Shown: positions 32,909-43,694, counted from the whole stretch's first letter. The stretch is DNA of 63,708 nt, filler included, from an uncultured Rhodopirellula sp. (GCA_964007735.1; 3 parts of 3 records of this genome joined end to end with filler, not necessarily neighbours in it), one strand, 5' to 3'. A program made the numbers and translations. Notes: generated by a model not told the origin, from the letters alone.

Positions 32909-32940
32909 AGCAGCAGAAACCAGCTTTTTGCCCGTCGCAA

Positions 32941-34419
32941 TTATGCCAACACTTCTTCAACAACACGAGGCTTAAAGGTGTCAGTCAACCGCTCCTTGAG
33001 ACCATTACGCTCAAAAAACAAGTCGTGATGTCCCAGTCCTAAGAGATGCAGAATAGTCGCATGCCAGTCCGCAATACTTACGGGATTGTCCTGAGCTGCA
33101 TAACCGACTTCGTCGGTTCCACCATAACTGACTCCCGGCTTAATTCCGCCGCCGGCCATCCACAAAGTAAACCCGCGAGGACCATGATCACGCCCAGCCG
33201 ATGCGTAATTCTTTTTGTCTCTCATTTGAGCAATCGGCAGGCGTCCAAATTCCCCGCCCCACACGACCAGCACATCATCAAGCAACCCCCGTTGCTTCAG
33301 ATCTTTTACGAGAGCTGCTACGGGTTGATCTGTTTGTCCTGCGGCAGACCGAATAGAGTTTTCCAGTCCATTATGACTATCCCACGGCTGCCCACTCATG
33401 AAAATCTGAACGTAACGAACACCTCGCTCCACCATTCGTCGCGCCATAATACAACGCTTTGCATAAGAATCGGTTGTTTTTTCACCAACCCCATACATCT
33501 CAAGAGTTTCTTTTGTCTCCTGAGTAATATCAAGCACATCCGCCGCCTCGAGTTGCATACGTGCTGCTAACTCATAACTATTAATTCTCGCGTCCAACTG
33601 TAACTGGTTGGGTCTGTCTTTCCGGTGTATACGATCAATCTTCCTTAGTAATTCACGCTGAAGGCTGGTAACACCATCTGGATAGGGATTCTCTGCATTG
33701 AGATTCAGAATTGGGGCGCCTTCACTGCGAACACGAGTTCCCTGATAAACCGGTGGGAGAAATCCGTTTTGCCAGCTCTGCACTGTATTAACAGGTAGAC
33801 CGCGAGGATCGTCTAAGACGACATAAGAAGGAAGATTCTGATTGACACTCCCCAGACCATAGGACACCCACGCGCCAAGCGAGGGTCGCCCAGGTAGTAA
33901 TCTACCCGAGTGAATCTTAAACAGTGCCGGTTCATGGTTTGGATGATTATTATACATCGACTTAATAAACGCGAGATCGTCAACCACTTCGTGAAGATGG
34001 GGCAATGCGTCGCTCACCCAGGCACCACTTTCTCCGTGTTGTTTGAACTTAAACGGAGATCGCAACAGTCCGCCAGCAGCCTGTGGAGAACTGATATCCT
34101 CAGCAATCTCATTAAAGTAATCTTCGCCGTGCCGCTGATCCAATAAAGGTTTAGGCTCAAATAAATCAACCTGACTGGGGCCACCGTTCATAAACAACTG
34201 AATCACCGCCTTGGCTCTGGCAGGATGGTGAGTATCACGCGGTAACGTATCATAACCGCGACGTGGACCACCGGAAGCGGGTTGAGGTTTAGAAGCCACC
34301 GGCAACTCCGCTGCTGAAGCGAATTCGTCTAACGCCAATGTAGCCAAAGCCGCTCCGCCAATACCATCGGCTGCCCGCTCAAAGAAACCACGTCGATTCA
34401 ATTGGTTTGCACTCATCAT
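32941..34419 (-). CDS. DUF1501 protein
   Basis: NRRGFF; GGPSQVDLFEPK; ARRMVERGVRY; WDSH; EFGRLP; GRDH. Confidence 0.9.
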   Translation of the reverse strand: MMSANQLNRRGFFERAADGIGGAALATLALDEFASAAELPVASKPQPASGGPRRGYDTLPRDTHHPARAKAVIQLFMNGGPSQVDLFEPKPLLDQRHGEDYFNEIAEDISSPQAAGGLLRSPFKFKQHGESGAWVSDALPHLHEVVDDLAFIKSMYNNHPNHEPALFKIHSGRLLPGRPSLGAWVSYGLGSVNQNLPSYVVLDDPRGLPVNTVQSWQNGFLPPVYQGTRVRSEGAPILNLNAENPYPDGVTSLQRELLRKIDRIHRKDRPNQLQLDARINSYELAARMQLEAADVLDITQETKETLEMYGVGEKTTDSYAKRCIMARRMVERGVRYVQIFMSGQPWDSHNGLENSIRSAAGQTDQPVAALVKDLKQRGLLDDVLVVWGGEFGRLPIAQMRDKKNYASAGRDHGPRGFTLWMAGGGIKPGVSYGGTDEVGYAAQDNPVSIADWHATILHLLGLGHHDLFFERNGLKERLTDTFKPRVVEEVLA

Positions 34420-34440
34420 TTAGACCTATTTGGGACGTTA

Positions 34441-37404
34441 TTAATCTACATACAAAAAGCCAGCCGAGTTGAGCAGGGTATGCCCGTATATCGTTAATGC
34501 TTTCAGCTCAGGATCCACTGCGTCACGCTCGTTCTCTGGCAAGCGATTGTTATATTCTTCCCACTGGGCTTTAAGCTGCGTGAGAGCCTCCACAGACAGT
34601 TCCACTTCCTCCTGTCTAGGTAGACGACTATAAACATTAAGGTACATTCTCTCGACCTGAGTAGGCAGTTCACGCGTTTCAGACATAATGCGTTTGGCAA
34701 ACTGTCTGGCTAGTTCACGAACCATTTCACTATTTAGTAAATACAACGCTTGCTGAGCCACATTAGACGTCGAACGAGTTTGACACGCCGGGTTCATCTG
34801 AGGCAAGTCAAATGTTTCCAACCAGGACGGCATTTCTTTTCGACGCTGACGCAGATAAACGCTACGACGGTATGCACCGTCTTTACCGACGGCGGTAACC
34901 AACCCGTCTTTGCGAACATTCACCGCATCCGGTTCACCAAACTGTGACTGTTCTAACATCCCGGCTACGGAGATGACAGAATCCCGCACCTCTTCGGCTG
35001 ATAAACGTCGCAGCGGCATTCTAGTTAAGAGCACATTCTCCGGATCATCCACAAGCAACGCCTCGGATAACCCTGAGATCTGGCGATATGTCCTGGAATG
35101 AAGCATTAAACGATGCATATGTTTAATGCTCCAGCCAGACTCGACAAATTCAACCGCCAACCAATCCAACAGTTCGGGGTGAGAAGGCAATATGCCTAAT
35201 TTCCCGAAATTATCAACGCTAGCCACAATACCCCGGCCAAAATGATGAGACCAAATCCGGTTCACCATCACCCGCGAGGTTAGCGGATGTTCTCCACCGA
35301 CCAGCCAATTAGCTAATGCCAATCTCCGGCCTGTCCCCACGGCTCCACCTTCAAGTGTGACCGCCTCAAATGGCGTTTTCCCATCCGTCAACACGCTCGG
35401 CACACCAGGCCCAACCAGTCGGCCTGACTGAGTATGATCTCCACGAACGTAAATATACGTAGGGGAGGGTTGCCCACGATCCCACAATGCACGGATGGTG
35501 GGCGTTTCACGCTTCTCTTCGTTCAACCCCTTCACCGTTTCATCAACTTCTTTCTTTAATGCAACAAATACTTTGTCAGCCTCTAAAGCTTTATCCGTCA
35601 GTTCCAGTGCCTTCCTAAACTTCTCGTGGAGATAACGCTGAATCTCATTGCGATCATCACCGTCCGTTGCAAATGCTTTCTTCACATCTGCGCGAATCAC
35701 CTCAGGGAGTTCAGCTACCGCTTTTTCTTGATGATCCGTTTGAAGCTTGCGTCGCAGCTCATTCAAACGCACATTTTGCAGGTCAATCAATGATTGTTTT
35801 TGTTTGTTATGCTCATCAACCTCAGCTAACAACTCCGGGGGGGATATGATGAGCGTGCGATTACTCATCACGCCATTCGATTGCCCTGGAACAGCGGTAG
35901 GTTTTAGCCAGTCATGAACGTCATAGGCTCCCTGAAACACTGCCATCAACCGATAGTAATCTCGCTGTGGAATAGGGTCGTACTTATGAGTGTGACAACG
36001 GGCGCATTTCATAGTCAATCCAAGAACTGTTGAAGAGAAGATGTCTATTTCATCTGCAACAACCTCCATACGCTCGGCCACTGAATTGACCACATCTGAG
36101 CCAGTTCCGTCAGGCGCCATCCGGAGAAATCCGGTGGCAACCAAATTATCCACGTGTTGCTCCGTAATCGTTTCCGGATCGGAGTAATCCAACAATTCGT
36201 CTCCCGCAATCTGTTGGCGTAAAAATTCCGAATACGGAAGATCTTTACTAAATGCCCTGATGACATAGTCCCGATAACGCCAGGCTGACTTTCGAATGGG
36301 GTCGGCGCTACGTTTGCCTTCACTATCCGCATACCCCGCTGCGTCCAGCCAGTATCGTGCCCAACGTTCACCATATGCTGGCAACGTCAAAACGCGCTCT
36401 ACCATATCTTCGTAGGCATTTGGACTGTCATCCTTAACAAATGCCTCCACTTCCTCTGGAGATGGAGGTAAACCTGTCAAATCGAAATAGACACGACGAA
36501 TCAATGTGTCCTTCGACGCCTCCACGGACATCTGCAAACCAGCCTCCGATTGTTTCCTAATAACAAACAAATCGATCGCATTATAGGCTTCCTGGTCATG
36601 GGTCCGCGGTACCACCGGGCGTAATGGCTTTTTAAAAGCCCAGTGCTCCCGATCTTCCTCGGATACCAGGGGATCGCCACTGGCCGTGGCAACATCTGGG
36701 GTGACAGTCACTTCCGGAGCACCCAACTCAATCCAACGCTTAAGAATATCAACTTCATTGCCAGGCATGACTTTGACCCCGGATGGCAATAGTTTATCCC
36801 TGGGAGGCATTTCCTCGGCGGCCATTCTTTTGATAATTAAGCTCTCTTCCGGCTTCCCAAGTACGATCGCCGGGCCGGATTCACCTCCCTTGAGCATTGA
36901 GGCTTTGGTTCGCAAATCCAGACCACCTTCCTGACGACGATTTCCATGGCAAACCGTACAACGCAGCAGCATGATCGGTTGTATATCATGCTGATTCACC
37001 TCAGTGGCTGCAATAAACGACGCTGGATCAGTACCATCTGCAAAGGGCGTCTTGTTTTTAATCCAAACTTCTATGCTATGAATTTCAGTGTCCGTTAAGG
37101 GTTCACCTTCACCGTCCGGAGGCATCATTCGTGAATGGACCAACTCGTATAGGTAACTCGAGTCCAAATCTCCGGAAACGAGCGTACTCTGGGATTCTCC
37201 CCCCTTAAACAATCCAAACGGAGTCGTAAGGTCTAATTCCCCCTTCTGATTTGAGGCGTTATGGCAAGACACGCATTTCTTCTGGAAAATGGGACCAATA
37301 TCCTTTTCAAATGTCGGGGTTTCTTCCGCCTGCAACATGGCAGTGGAAACCAGCATTACCAACACGTACAAAAGTATTTTTTGCATTTGGTTTTGACGAC
37401 TCAC
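34441..37404 (-). CDS. 2xPSCyt1 + DUF1549 + DUF1553 protein
   Basis: CVSCH, CTVCH, CARCHTHKYDP; WLDAAGYADS; GRRLALANWL; FLYVD end. Confidence 0.9.
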   Translation of the reverse strand: MSRQNQMQKILLYVLVMLVSTAMLQAEETPTFEKDIGPIFQKKCVSCHNASNQKGELDLTTPFGLFKGGESQSTLVSGDLDSSYLYELVHSRMMPPDGEGEPLTDTEIHSIEVWIKNKTPFADGTDPASFIAATEVNQHDIQPIMLLRCTVCHGNRRQEGGLDLRTKASMLKGGESGPAIVLGKPEESLIIKRMAAEEMPPRDKLLPSGVKVMPGNEVDILKRWIELGAPEVTVTPDVATASGDPLVSEEDREHWAFKKPLRPVVPRTHDQEAYNAIDLFVIRKQSEAGLQMSVEASKDTLIRRVYFDLTGLPPSPEEVEAFVKDDSPNAYEDMVERVLTLPAYGERWARYWLDAAGYADSEGKRSADPIRKSAWRYRDYVIRAFSKDLPYSEFLRQQIAGDELLDYSDPETITEQHVDNLVATGFLRMAPDGTGSDVVNSVAERMEVVADEIDIFSSTVLGLTMKCARCHTHKYDPIPQRDYYRLMAVFQGAYDVHDWLKPTAVPGQSNGVMSNRTLIISPPELLAEVDEHNKQKQSLIDLQNVRLNELRRKLQTDHQEKAVAELPEVIRADVKKAFATDGDDRNEIQRYLHEKFRKALELTDKALEADKVFVALKKEVDETVKGLNEEKRETPTIRALWDRGQPSPTYIYVRGDHTQSGRLVGPGVPSVLTDGKTPFEAVTLEGGAVGTGRRLALANWLVGGEHPLTSRVMVNRIWSHHFGRGIVASVDNFGKLGILPSHPELLDWLAVEFVESGWSIKHMHRLMLHSRTYRQISGLSEALLVDDPENVLLTRMPLRRLSAEEVRDSVISVAGMLEQSQFGEPDAVNVRKDGLVTAVGKDGAYRRSVYLRQRRKEMPSWLETFDLPQMNPACQTRSTSNVAQQALYLLNSEMVRELARQFAKRIMSETRELPTQVERMYLNVYSRLPRQEEVELSVEALTQLKAQWEEYNNRLPENERDAVDPELKALTIYGHTLLNSAGFLYVD

Positions 37405-37607
37405 ACATAAAACATAGGGGCTATCTCTACTAATTAATTATAGCTGGTATTAGAGAAATTCGACCAACCGTTTTTAACGTTAAGACACACCCTCAGCGGC
37501 TTGAAATTTCTCTGAGCACGCCCTAACGAACACGGAAGCTTACTAATAATACTTTAATTTCAAACGATGATGTTCCACTACGGCAGCCTAACGCCCCTTT
37601 ACCGGCA

Positions 37608-38930
37608 CTATTCGTGTCGCAACGCCTCAATAGGATCCATTTTGGCAGCGCGAATTGCTGGATAAATCCCAAACACTATCCCCACCACAATCGAAATCCC
37701 ACCTCCCAAAGGAAGTGACCAGGGCACAACAACCGGAGTCACATTTCGCACTGAAGTTGGTAAGGTTTCCATAACTTCGGGCATTGTCTGCAACAGCAGC
37801 TCCTGAATGTACCCAACCAATGTCGGACAAAGAAGCCCTCCTACCATTCCAGTCAGCCCACCTGTCACGCTTAGAACGATTGTCTCAGTAAGGAATTGGC
37901 GAGTGATATCGGCCTGACGTGCCCCCAACGCGCGTCGAATACCTATTTCCCTGGTTCGTTCCGTTACCGTAGCCAGCATGATATTCATAATGCCAATCCC
38001 CCCCACAATCAAAGTAACAGCCGCGATAATACCCATGAAGGCCATAAACATCAGGCGAGTGGTCTTCGCTTGCTCGAGGAGCTCAAGAGGCACTACCACA
38101 GCAAAGTCGTTTGTACGATGTAACTTCTGCATTGTCCGCTCCACCGCTTCGGCAGTAGTAACGACATCCTCAATAGATCCAACCTGAAATGTAATCTGGC
38201 TTAACTGTACTTCTTCTCCGGTTCGCTGACCAGCGCTCTGAAACATGACCGTGTCGCCGATACGCTGCCAAAACGTTTCCAACGGGATATAAATGTCGCT
38301 GGCAAAATCCTGAGCTGCCAGCGAACTGCCAATCCCCGCCATTGCCTGTCGGGGCTCCATAACGCCAATGACGGTGTATGGAATTTCCCTAATACGAATC
38401 GTCTTTCCAATCGGGTCATCAATCGGAAAGAATCCCTCCGCAACTTCGCTCGCCAAGACACAGATATTAGCACGTCCATCGACATGAATATCTGAAATAA
38501 AATCGCCTGTCATCAGACGGAGATTCATCATTTCTGCATATTCCGGCGTACAGGCTACAATGTGAGCTTCTAAAGTCCTCGCTCCATAATGAGCCTCTCT
38601 CTTTGTTTCGCGAATCAACAAATGATCCTGAATTGTGGGGATTTGCAACAAGGCTGCCACATCATCACGCCTGATCCCATACTTAACAAAGAACGTTTCC
38701 ATATCACCGATATAGTCCTCGGCAGGCATGCGACTTCGAAGAATGACATTACGAGCGCCGAGTTCTTCTATCTGACGCTGCACTTCACGACTGATTCCCT
38801 CGCTGATCGCCAACAACCAAATCACACTGGCGACACCCACAAAGATACCCAGAATGGTTAACATCGACCGAAGGGGATGCAGGAAAAGGCTGTTGATCCC
38901 AACACGCAGCGTTCTCAAATTAATGAACAT
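37608..38930 (-). CDS. MacB/FtsX-type ABC transporter permease
   Basis: RSMLTILGIFVGV; GGIGIMNIMLATVTERTREIGIRRALGA; PAIRAAKMDPIEALRHE. Confidence 0.95.
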   Translation of the reverse strand: MFINLRTLRVGINSLFLHPLRSMLTILGIFVGVASVIWLLAISEGISREVQRQIEELGARNVILRSRMPAEDYIGDMETFFVKYGIRRDDVAALLQIPTIQDHLLIRETKREAHYGARTLEAHIVACTPEYAEMMNLRLMTGDFISDIHVDGRANICVLASEVAEGFFPIDDPIGKTIRIREIPYTVIGVMEPRQAMAGIGSSLAAQDFASDIYIPLETFWQRIGDTVMFQSAGQRTGEEVQLSQITFQVGSIEDVVTTAEAVERTMQKLHRTNDFAVVVPLELLEQAKTTRLMFMAFMGIIAAVTLIVGGIGIMNIMLATVTERTREIGIRRALGARQADITRQFLTETIVLSVTGGLTGMVGGLLCPTLVGYIQELLLQTMPEVMETLPTSVRNVTPVVVPWSLPLGGGISIVVGIVFGIYPAIRAAKMDPIEALRHE

Positions 38931-38950
38931 TACGAAATCAAACCGTTTAC

Positions 38951-40387
38951 TCAGTTCTTCTCCGCGGTTAACAGCTCGTTGGACACAGAGGAGCCGACTC
39001 TCGAATCCAGAGTTGGGAGATATTCTTCTAACTCCGACCGCTTGATAAACCGAAAAGGCGTCAACGTTACGACATCACCCTCCGTTAATCCTGCATCCAC
39101 GACCACGTGAGTATTATTATTTGGTCCTACGCTTACTGGGCGAGGCTCCCAATCCTGAGCACTTTTAACTAAGCAGAAATGCCGTTCTTCGTGCTGAATG
39201 ACTGCAGCGAGGGGAACCTGCACCACATCCGATTCACTCTCAAAATAGATTTTCACTTTGGCCCGGAGTCCGGGACGAAGACTCGCCGGGGGGTTCTTGA
39301 TCGTGACTTTCGTATCATATTCCAAGGGGGCTCCATGCCATCGCAATGGAAATGGGTAGGCGGCAACTTCATTCACTTCACCTTCCAGCGGGTTATCCGG
39401 ATCAGCATCTAATTCAATTCGCGCCACTTGCCCGGGAAGCACCCGATTAATATTGGCTTCATTAATCCGCACTGCCACTTCCATGTTCTGGATGTCCGGC
39501 AAACGTACCACAACCTGATTATCCCGGATAACGGCCCCTTCCTCGATAATGATGTTTCGACGTTCATCATCTGCATAAACAACCTGTCCACTTGCCGGGG
39601 CAAGAATTTTACAATTCTTAATCTGCTCCTGAATCTCAACCAGTCGGTTCGTTGCCAGATCCAAGGTACTTTGAGCGGCATCCACCTGTGCTTGTTTCTG
39701 CTTAATTGCAGCAGTGTATTCACCAACCAATTTCTCCTTAGTAAACTCCCGATAAACGGTCAACTTCAGCTCAGCAGCCTTTAAATCCCGCTTGGACTTT
39801 TCCCATTGAAACCGGTCTGCATTAAGCTGAACACCCGAAAGGAAGCCGCTAGCTGCTAGACGTTGGCTATGATCCAACTTGGCGAGTGACCTCTCCACAC
39901 TTTCCTGCGCCACAAACACTTCGGCCTCGAGTAACGTAAGTTCCTGCTGGAAGAGCCCTTTCTCAAATTCTTTAAGCGTTCGCTCGGCATTTTCAAACTG
40001 AGACTCTGCCTGAATAAGATTTGCATTATTATTAGCAACGACGATTTTCTGGGCGGTTTCATCGTTCTCCAAAGCAGAAGCGTCGAATTCGACTATGAAA
40101 TCACCTTCTTCAACATAGGTACCTTCGTCAACGATTTCGATAATCGTCGTCCCTGGAGTCCCAAGTGCCTGAACTTCACAACGTACCTCACGGTTACTTG
40201 CACTTGCGACATCTCCGGTTTCGGTCACAAATGCTTCAAAGTCACTACGTTCAACTAAGTGCGTCATCGCTGCATCCGCAGGCGAAATAGCCTGAGGCTG
40301 CTCTTGATCTCCATACATGAAAAAGGCGGCAAGACAGCCCCCGATCAAAAGACAAATTACGATGAAACGACCGATCCAATTAGACAT
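38951..40387 (-). CDS. MacA/HlyD-type periplasmic adaptor subunit
   Basis: N-terminal TM; EGTYVEEGD; coiled-coil; ILAPASGQVVY; LRPGLRAKV; GLTEGD. Confidence 0.9.
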   Translation of the reverse strand: MSNWIGRFIVICLLIGGCLAAFFMYGDQEQPQAISPADAAMTHLVERSDFEAFVTETGDVASASNREVRCEVQALGTPGTTIIEIVDEGTYVEEGDFIVEFDASALENDETAQKIVVANNNANLIQAESQFENAERTLKEFEKGLFQQELTLLEAEVFVAQESVERSLAKLDHSQRLAASGFLSGVQLNADRFQWEKSKRDLKAAELKLTVYREFTKEKLVGEYTAAIKQKQAQVDAAQSTLDLATNRLVEIQEQIKNCKILAPASGQVVYADDERRNIIIEEGAVIRDNQVVVRLPDIQNMEVAVRINEANINRVLPGQVARIELDADPDNPLEGEVNEVAAYPFPLRWHGAPLEYDTKVTIKNPPASLRPGLRAKVKIYFESESDVVQVPLAAVIQHEERHFCLVKSAQDWEPRPVSVGPNNNTHVVVDAGLTEGDVVTLTPFRFIKRSELEEYLPTLDSRVGSSVSNELLTAEKN

Positions 40388-40573
40388 GGACTATCTTCTC
40401 CTACCAGCCTATTGATGCTTTGAGTTAACCACTAATTATAAACGCTTCTGCGATCAACTAGACCGTTTTTCAACAGGTACCAAATAAAATACGCCCTGAT
40501 ATCAGGATTTCAAGGTAAGAACAGGCCTCTGGGCAACCAATGATCCTGTCGAACAACACAAAAACAATAACGC

Positions 40574-40610
40574 TTGACGGCCGGCAGTCCGATATATATC
40601 ATTATGATAT
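40574..40610 (+). promoter_or_regulatory. sigma70-like promoter (TTGACG-N17-TATCAT) overlapped by palindrome ATATCAT-T-ATGATAT
   Basis: -35 at 40574-40579, -10 at 40597-40602, inverted repeat at 40596-40610. Confidence 0.65.
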
Positions 40611-40643
40611 CACTTGAATATCACCCTTAAAAAGGCCTCCGCT

Positions 40644-41609
40644 ATGACCTCTGAAGATCTAATTAACGAAAAGCCCTTTAAGCCCAAAAGTGGTTGGCCT
40701 TTTCTTGTAATTATTCCCGCCATCCTGATCTTTGGCGTGTGCCAGCTGATTTACAATGTCACTCAGGGAAGTTCCGCTCTGTTGGTCTTAGGCATCCTGA
40801 CGCAGATACTTTGCGTCGTCACCTTCATAATCTCGTTATGTGGTTTTCAGGCAGTACAGCCTAATAACGCGCGAGTCCTGATACTCTTTGGTGTCTACAA
40901 GGGGACCATTCGGGATTCTGGATTCTTTTGGGTGAATCCGTTTTACAGCAAACGTAAGCTTTCTCTCCGAGTCCGCAATTTTGAGACCGGCTCCACGACG
41001 ACTCCGGAAGTGAAAAATGACATGGGTAAGGTCGTTCAGAAGAAATCTCGGTCCAGTGGCAGGCCTTCCAAGGTGAACGACAGCGACGGCAACCCTATTG
41101 AGATCTCCGCCGTTGTTGTTTGGAAAGTAATTAACACGGCAGAGGCGTTGTTCGAGGTAGATGACTATGAAGATTTTGTTGCGGTACAAAGCGAATCAGC
41201 CTTGAGGAACCTTGCGAGTCGTCATCCCTATGATAGCGAGGGGGACGCTACGTCCCTTCGAGGTGACACGGAACTTATTGGCGGGCAACTACGACAGGAT
41301 ATTCAGGACCGCCTCGACAAAGCTGGGGTTCAGGTCTTGGAAGCTCGCATTAGCCATCTGGCATACGCTCAGGAAATCGCAGCGGCCATGCTGCAGCGTC
41401 AGCAGGCTCAGGCCGTGGTTGCCGCGAGAACGAAAATTGTGGATGGGGCTGTCGGTATGGTGCAGATGGCATTGGAACGTCTTCGCGAGGATGGAATCGT
41501 AGAACTCGACGACGAACGCCGAGCCGCAATGGTTTCCAATTTATTAGTTGTGCTCTGTGGCGACCGACATGCACAGCCGGTCGTTAATACCGGCACATTA
41601 CATAATTAG
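40644..41609 (+). CDS. SPFH/band-7 domain membrane protein
   Basis: Two TM helices; GFFWVNPF; KVNDSDGNPIEI; LAYAQEIAAAMLQRQQA; MVSNLLVVLC. Confidence 0.92.
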   Translation: MTSEDLINEKPFKPKSGWPFLVIIPAILIFGVCQLIYNVTQGSSALLVLGILTQILCVVTFIISLCGFQAVQPNNARVLILFGVYKGTIRDSGFFWVNPFYSKRKLSLRVRNFETGSTTTPEVKNDMGKVVQKKSRSSGRPSKVNDSDGNPIEISAVVVWKVINTAEALFEVDDYEDFVAVQSESALRNLASRHPYDSEGDATSLRGDTELIGGQLRQDIQDRLDKAGVQVLEARISHLAYAQEIAAAMLQRQQAQAVVAARTKIVDGAVGMVQMALERLREDGIVELDDERRAAMVSNLLVVLCGDRHAQPVVNTGTLHN

Positions 41610-41646
41610 GGTTTTTAAATCTACGTTTTAACACGTAAGGATAACC

Positions 41647-41823
41647 ATGGCTAAGCGGGATGCCTTTCTAGTACGCATGGACCCTGCTATTATAAACGCA
41701 CTTAAAAAGTGGGCGGCGGAAGAATTGCGTAGCGTTAACGGGCAAATGGAGTACCTGATACGTGACGCATTGCGAAAAGAAGGGCGATTGCCAAAACCAA
41801 AATCCAGCCAGGACACCAATTGA
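41647..41823 (+). CDS. Arc-family ribbon-helix-helix DNA-binding protein, 58 aa (absent from ORF track)
   Basis: MAKRDAFLVRMDPAIINALKKWAAEELRSVNGQMEYLIRDALRKEGRLPKPKSSQDTN*; AAGGA RBS; TGATG overlap with next gene. Confidence 0.88.
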   Translation: MAKRDAFLVRMDPAIINALKKWAAEELRSVNGQMEYLIRDALRKEGRLPKPKSSQDTN

Positions 41824-43694
41824 TGAAGAGCGAACCAACTCTACTGAAACCCGCCAAGATGGAAAGACGACATGACCTGGATGCGTTACGCGCTATTGCC
41901 ATGCTTCTGGGAATTGTTCTCCACGGGCTGATGCCTTTTATTGGCTTACCGGAGTTCATTTTTCCGATTCAGGATGTCTCTCAAATGCCTGCCCTTGGGA
42001 TGATCCTGTCGGGGATTCATGGATTTCGCATGCCCTTGTTTTTTTTGATTAGCGGATTCTTTACCACCATGCTTTGGAGACGCCGCGGACTTAATGCGCT
42101 CATCCACCATCGATTCAAGCGAATTTTCCTGCCCTTGCTGCTTGGCTTGGTAACCATTATCCCGCTGACTAATATGGTCTACTCTCTTCCATATTGGTCT
42201 CAGGAAAAGGCTTCCGTTCCATCCGCGACCAATAACCGGCTCACGCTGGTACAAAATGGCCCGTCCCGAAACTTATTTGCTTTCATCGAATCTCGTAACG
42301 TCTCAGATATCAAATCCCTATTGGATAATGGCGTTTCTCCGGACACACGTCATTCAAAGGGATATACCGCTCTTAACGCAACCGTTTATGCCAACACTCC
42401 TGAGATCACTAAACTACTCCTTGATTACGGCGCAAATCCAAATCTGCCTTCGCTGGAAGGAGATGGCAATACTCCATTCATGGAGAGTGCATTTTGGGGG
42501 CAATCTGAGATCTTCAGGCTACTGCTGAACGAGGGTGCTGACCTCTCGCTTACAAACAACAAAGGAGCCAGTGCTGCATTACTGGCAACGGTGGACATCA
42601 ATTTAGCGTACAACATTGCACAATTTATTGGTCTCAGGCTAACTATAGACCAGATCGCCAGCGGTCGAGAAGAGGTGTTGCTAGCAATTAATCAAGGGCT
42701 TAAAGACAATCCGGACGCCATCACTCCTCGTCTGCAAACGAACAAACTTGAAATAAAGCAATTGACCGGCGACTCGTTTGCACCTCAGGCCAAAGCAGAA
42801 GAAGACATCTTAACGATGTTGATGTACATGCCTATTTTCCATCACCTCTGGTTCCTTTGGTACCTTTGTTGTCTGGTGGCAGCTTTCAGCCTTTGGGCTC
42901 TTGCCGCAGACAAGCTTAAACTTACTTTTCCCCGCTGGCTTATCATGCCTCCGGTTTGTTTCCTCTGGCTGCTACCTTTGACATACTTCTTCCAGAACCA
43001 AATGGGATACGAACCTGGATCCTTCGGCCCTGATACAGCGACCGGACTGATTCCCGTTCCGGCGATTATCGGCTTCTATGCGATCTTCTTCTTTTACGGT
43101 GCCTGGTATTACGACTGTGACGACAGCAAGGGGGAACTTGGAAAATACTGGTGGTTCTCACTTCCGATAGCTCAGTTTCTCATTCATCCTATCGGTCTAG
43201 AGTTTGCTTCGGGAGAATTTGGCTTTAGGCATGAACTTGCATCCATTGAGCACTATCGTCTCCTTTCAGTGCTCTTTCAAATTGCGTACGTCTGGCTGAT
43301 GACAACAGGCTGCTTAGGAATGTTTCGTAAATTCTTTAATCACGAAAGCAAACGCATGCGTTATATTTCGGATTCTTCATACTGGCTATACATAGCCCAT
43401 ATCCCACTGCTCTTCCTGCTACAGTACCTCACTTCCACTCTGGAAGTCTCAGCATTAATAAAAGCACCGATGACGATTCTGATATGCTCCGCCCTACTAT
43501 TAATTTCATATGAGTACTGTGTGCGGTACACGCCTTTAGGTACCCTCCTCAACGGTGCGAAAAGACGTCCGGGGGAAATTCCTGCGACGGTAGCGTCTGT
43601 AATGCCAGCGACCACCACGCCGGTCGACCTTAGCGAATATAAACCTCCCACGGATGATGGTAATTCATCTTCCGAAGCGGAGAGAGAAGACTAA
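41823..43694 (+). CDS. acyltransferase-3 (OpgC/MdoC-like) membrane protein with inserted ankyrin repeats
   Basis: RRHDLDALRAIAMLLG; FRMPLFF.ISGFF; ankyrin GYTAL..LLDYGANPN..GNTPF; HLWFLWYL; SSYWLYIAH. Confidence 0.88.
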   Translation: MKSEPTLLKPAKMERRHDLDALRAIAMLLGIVLHGLMPFIGLPEFIFPIQDVSQMPALGMILSGIHGFRMPLFFLISGFFTTMLWRRRGLNALIHHRFKRIFLPLLLGLVTIIPLTNMVYSLPYWSQEKASVPSATNNRLTLVQNGPSRNLFAFIESRNVSDIKSLLDNGVSPDTRHSKGYTALNATVYANTPEITKLLLDYGANPNLPSLEGDGNTPFMESAFWGQSEIFRLLLNEGADLSLTNNKGASAALLATVDINLAYNIAQFIGLRLTIDQIASGREEVLLAINQGLKDNPDAITPRLQTNKLEIKQLTGDSFAPQAKAEEDILTMLMYMPIFHHLWFLWYLCCLVAAFSLWALAADKLKLTFPRWLIMPPVCFLWLLPLTYFFQNQMGYEPGSFGPDTATGLIPVPAIIGFYAIFFFYGAWYYDCDDSKGELGKYWWFSLPIAQFLIHPIGLEFASGEFGFRHELASIEHYRLLSVLFQIAYVWLMTTGCLGMFRKFFNHESKRMRYISDSSYWLYIAHIPLLFLLQYLTSTLEVSALIKAPMTILICSALLLISYEYCVRYTPLGTLLNGAKRRPGEIPATVASVMPATTTPVDLSEYKPPTDDGNSSSEAERED

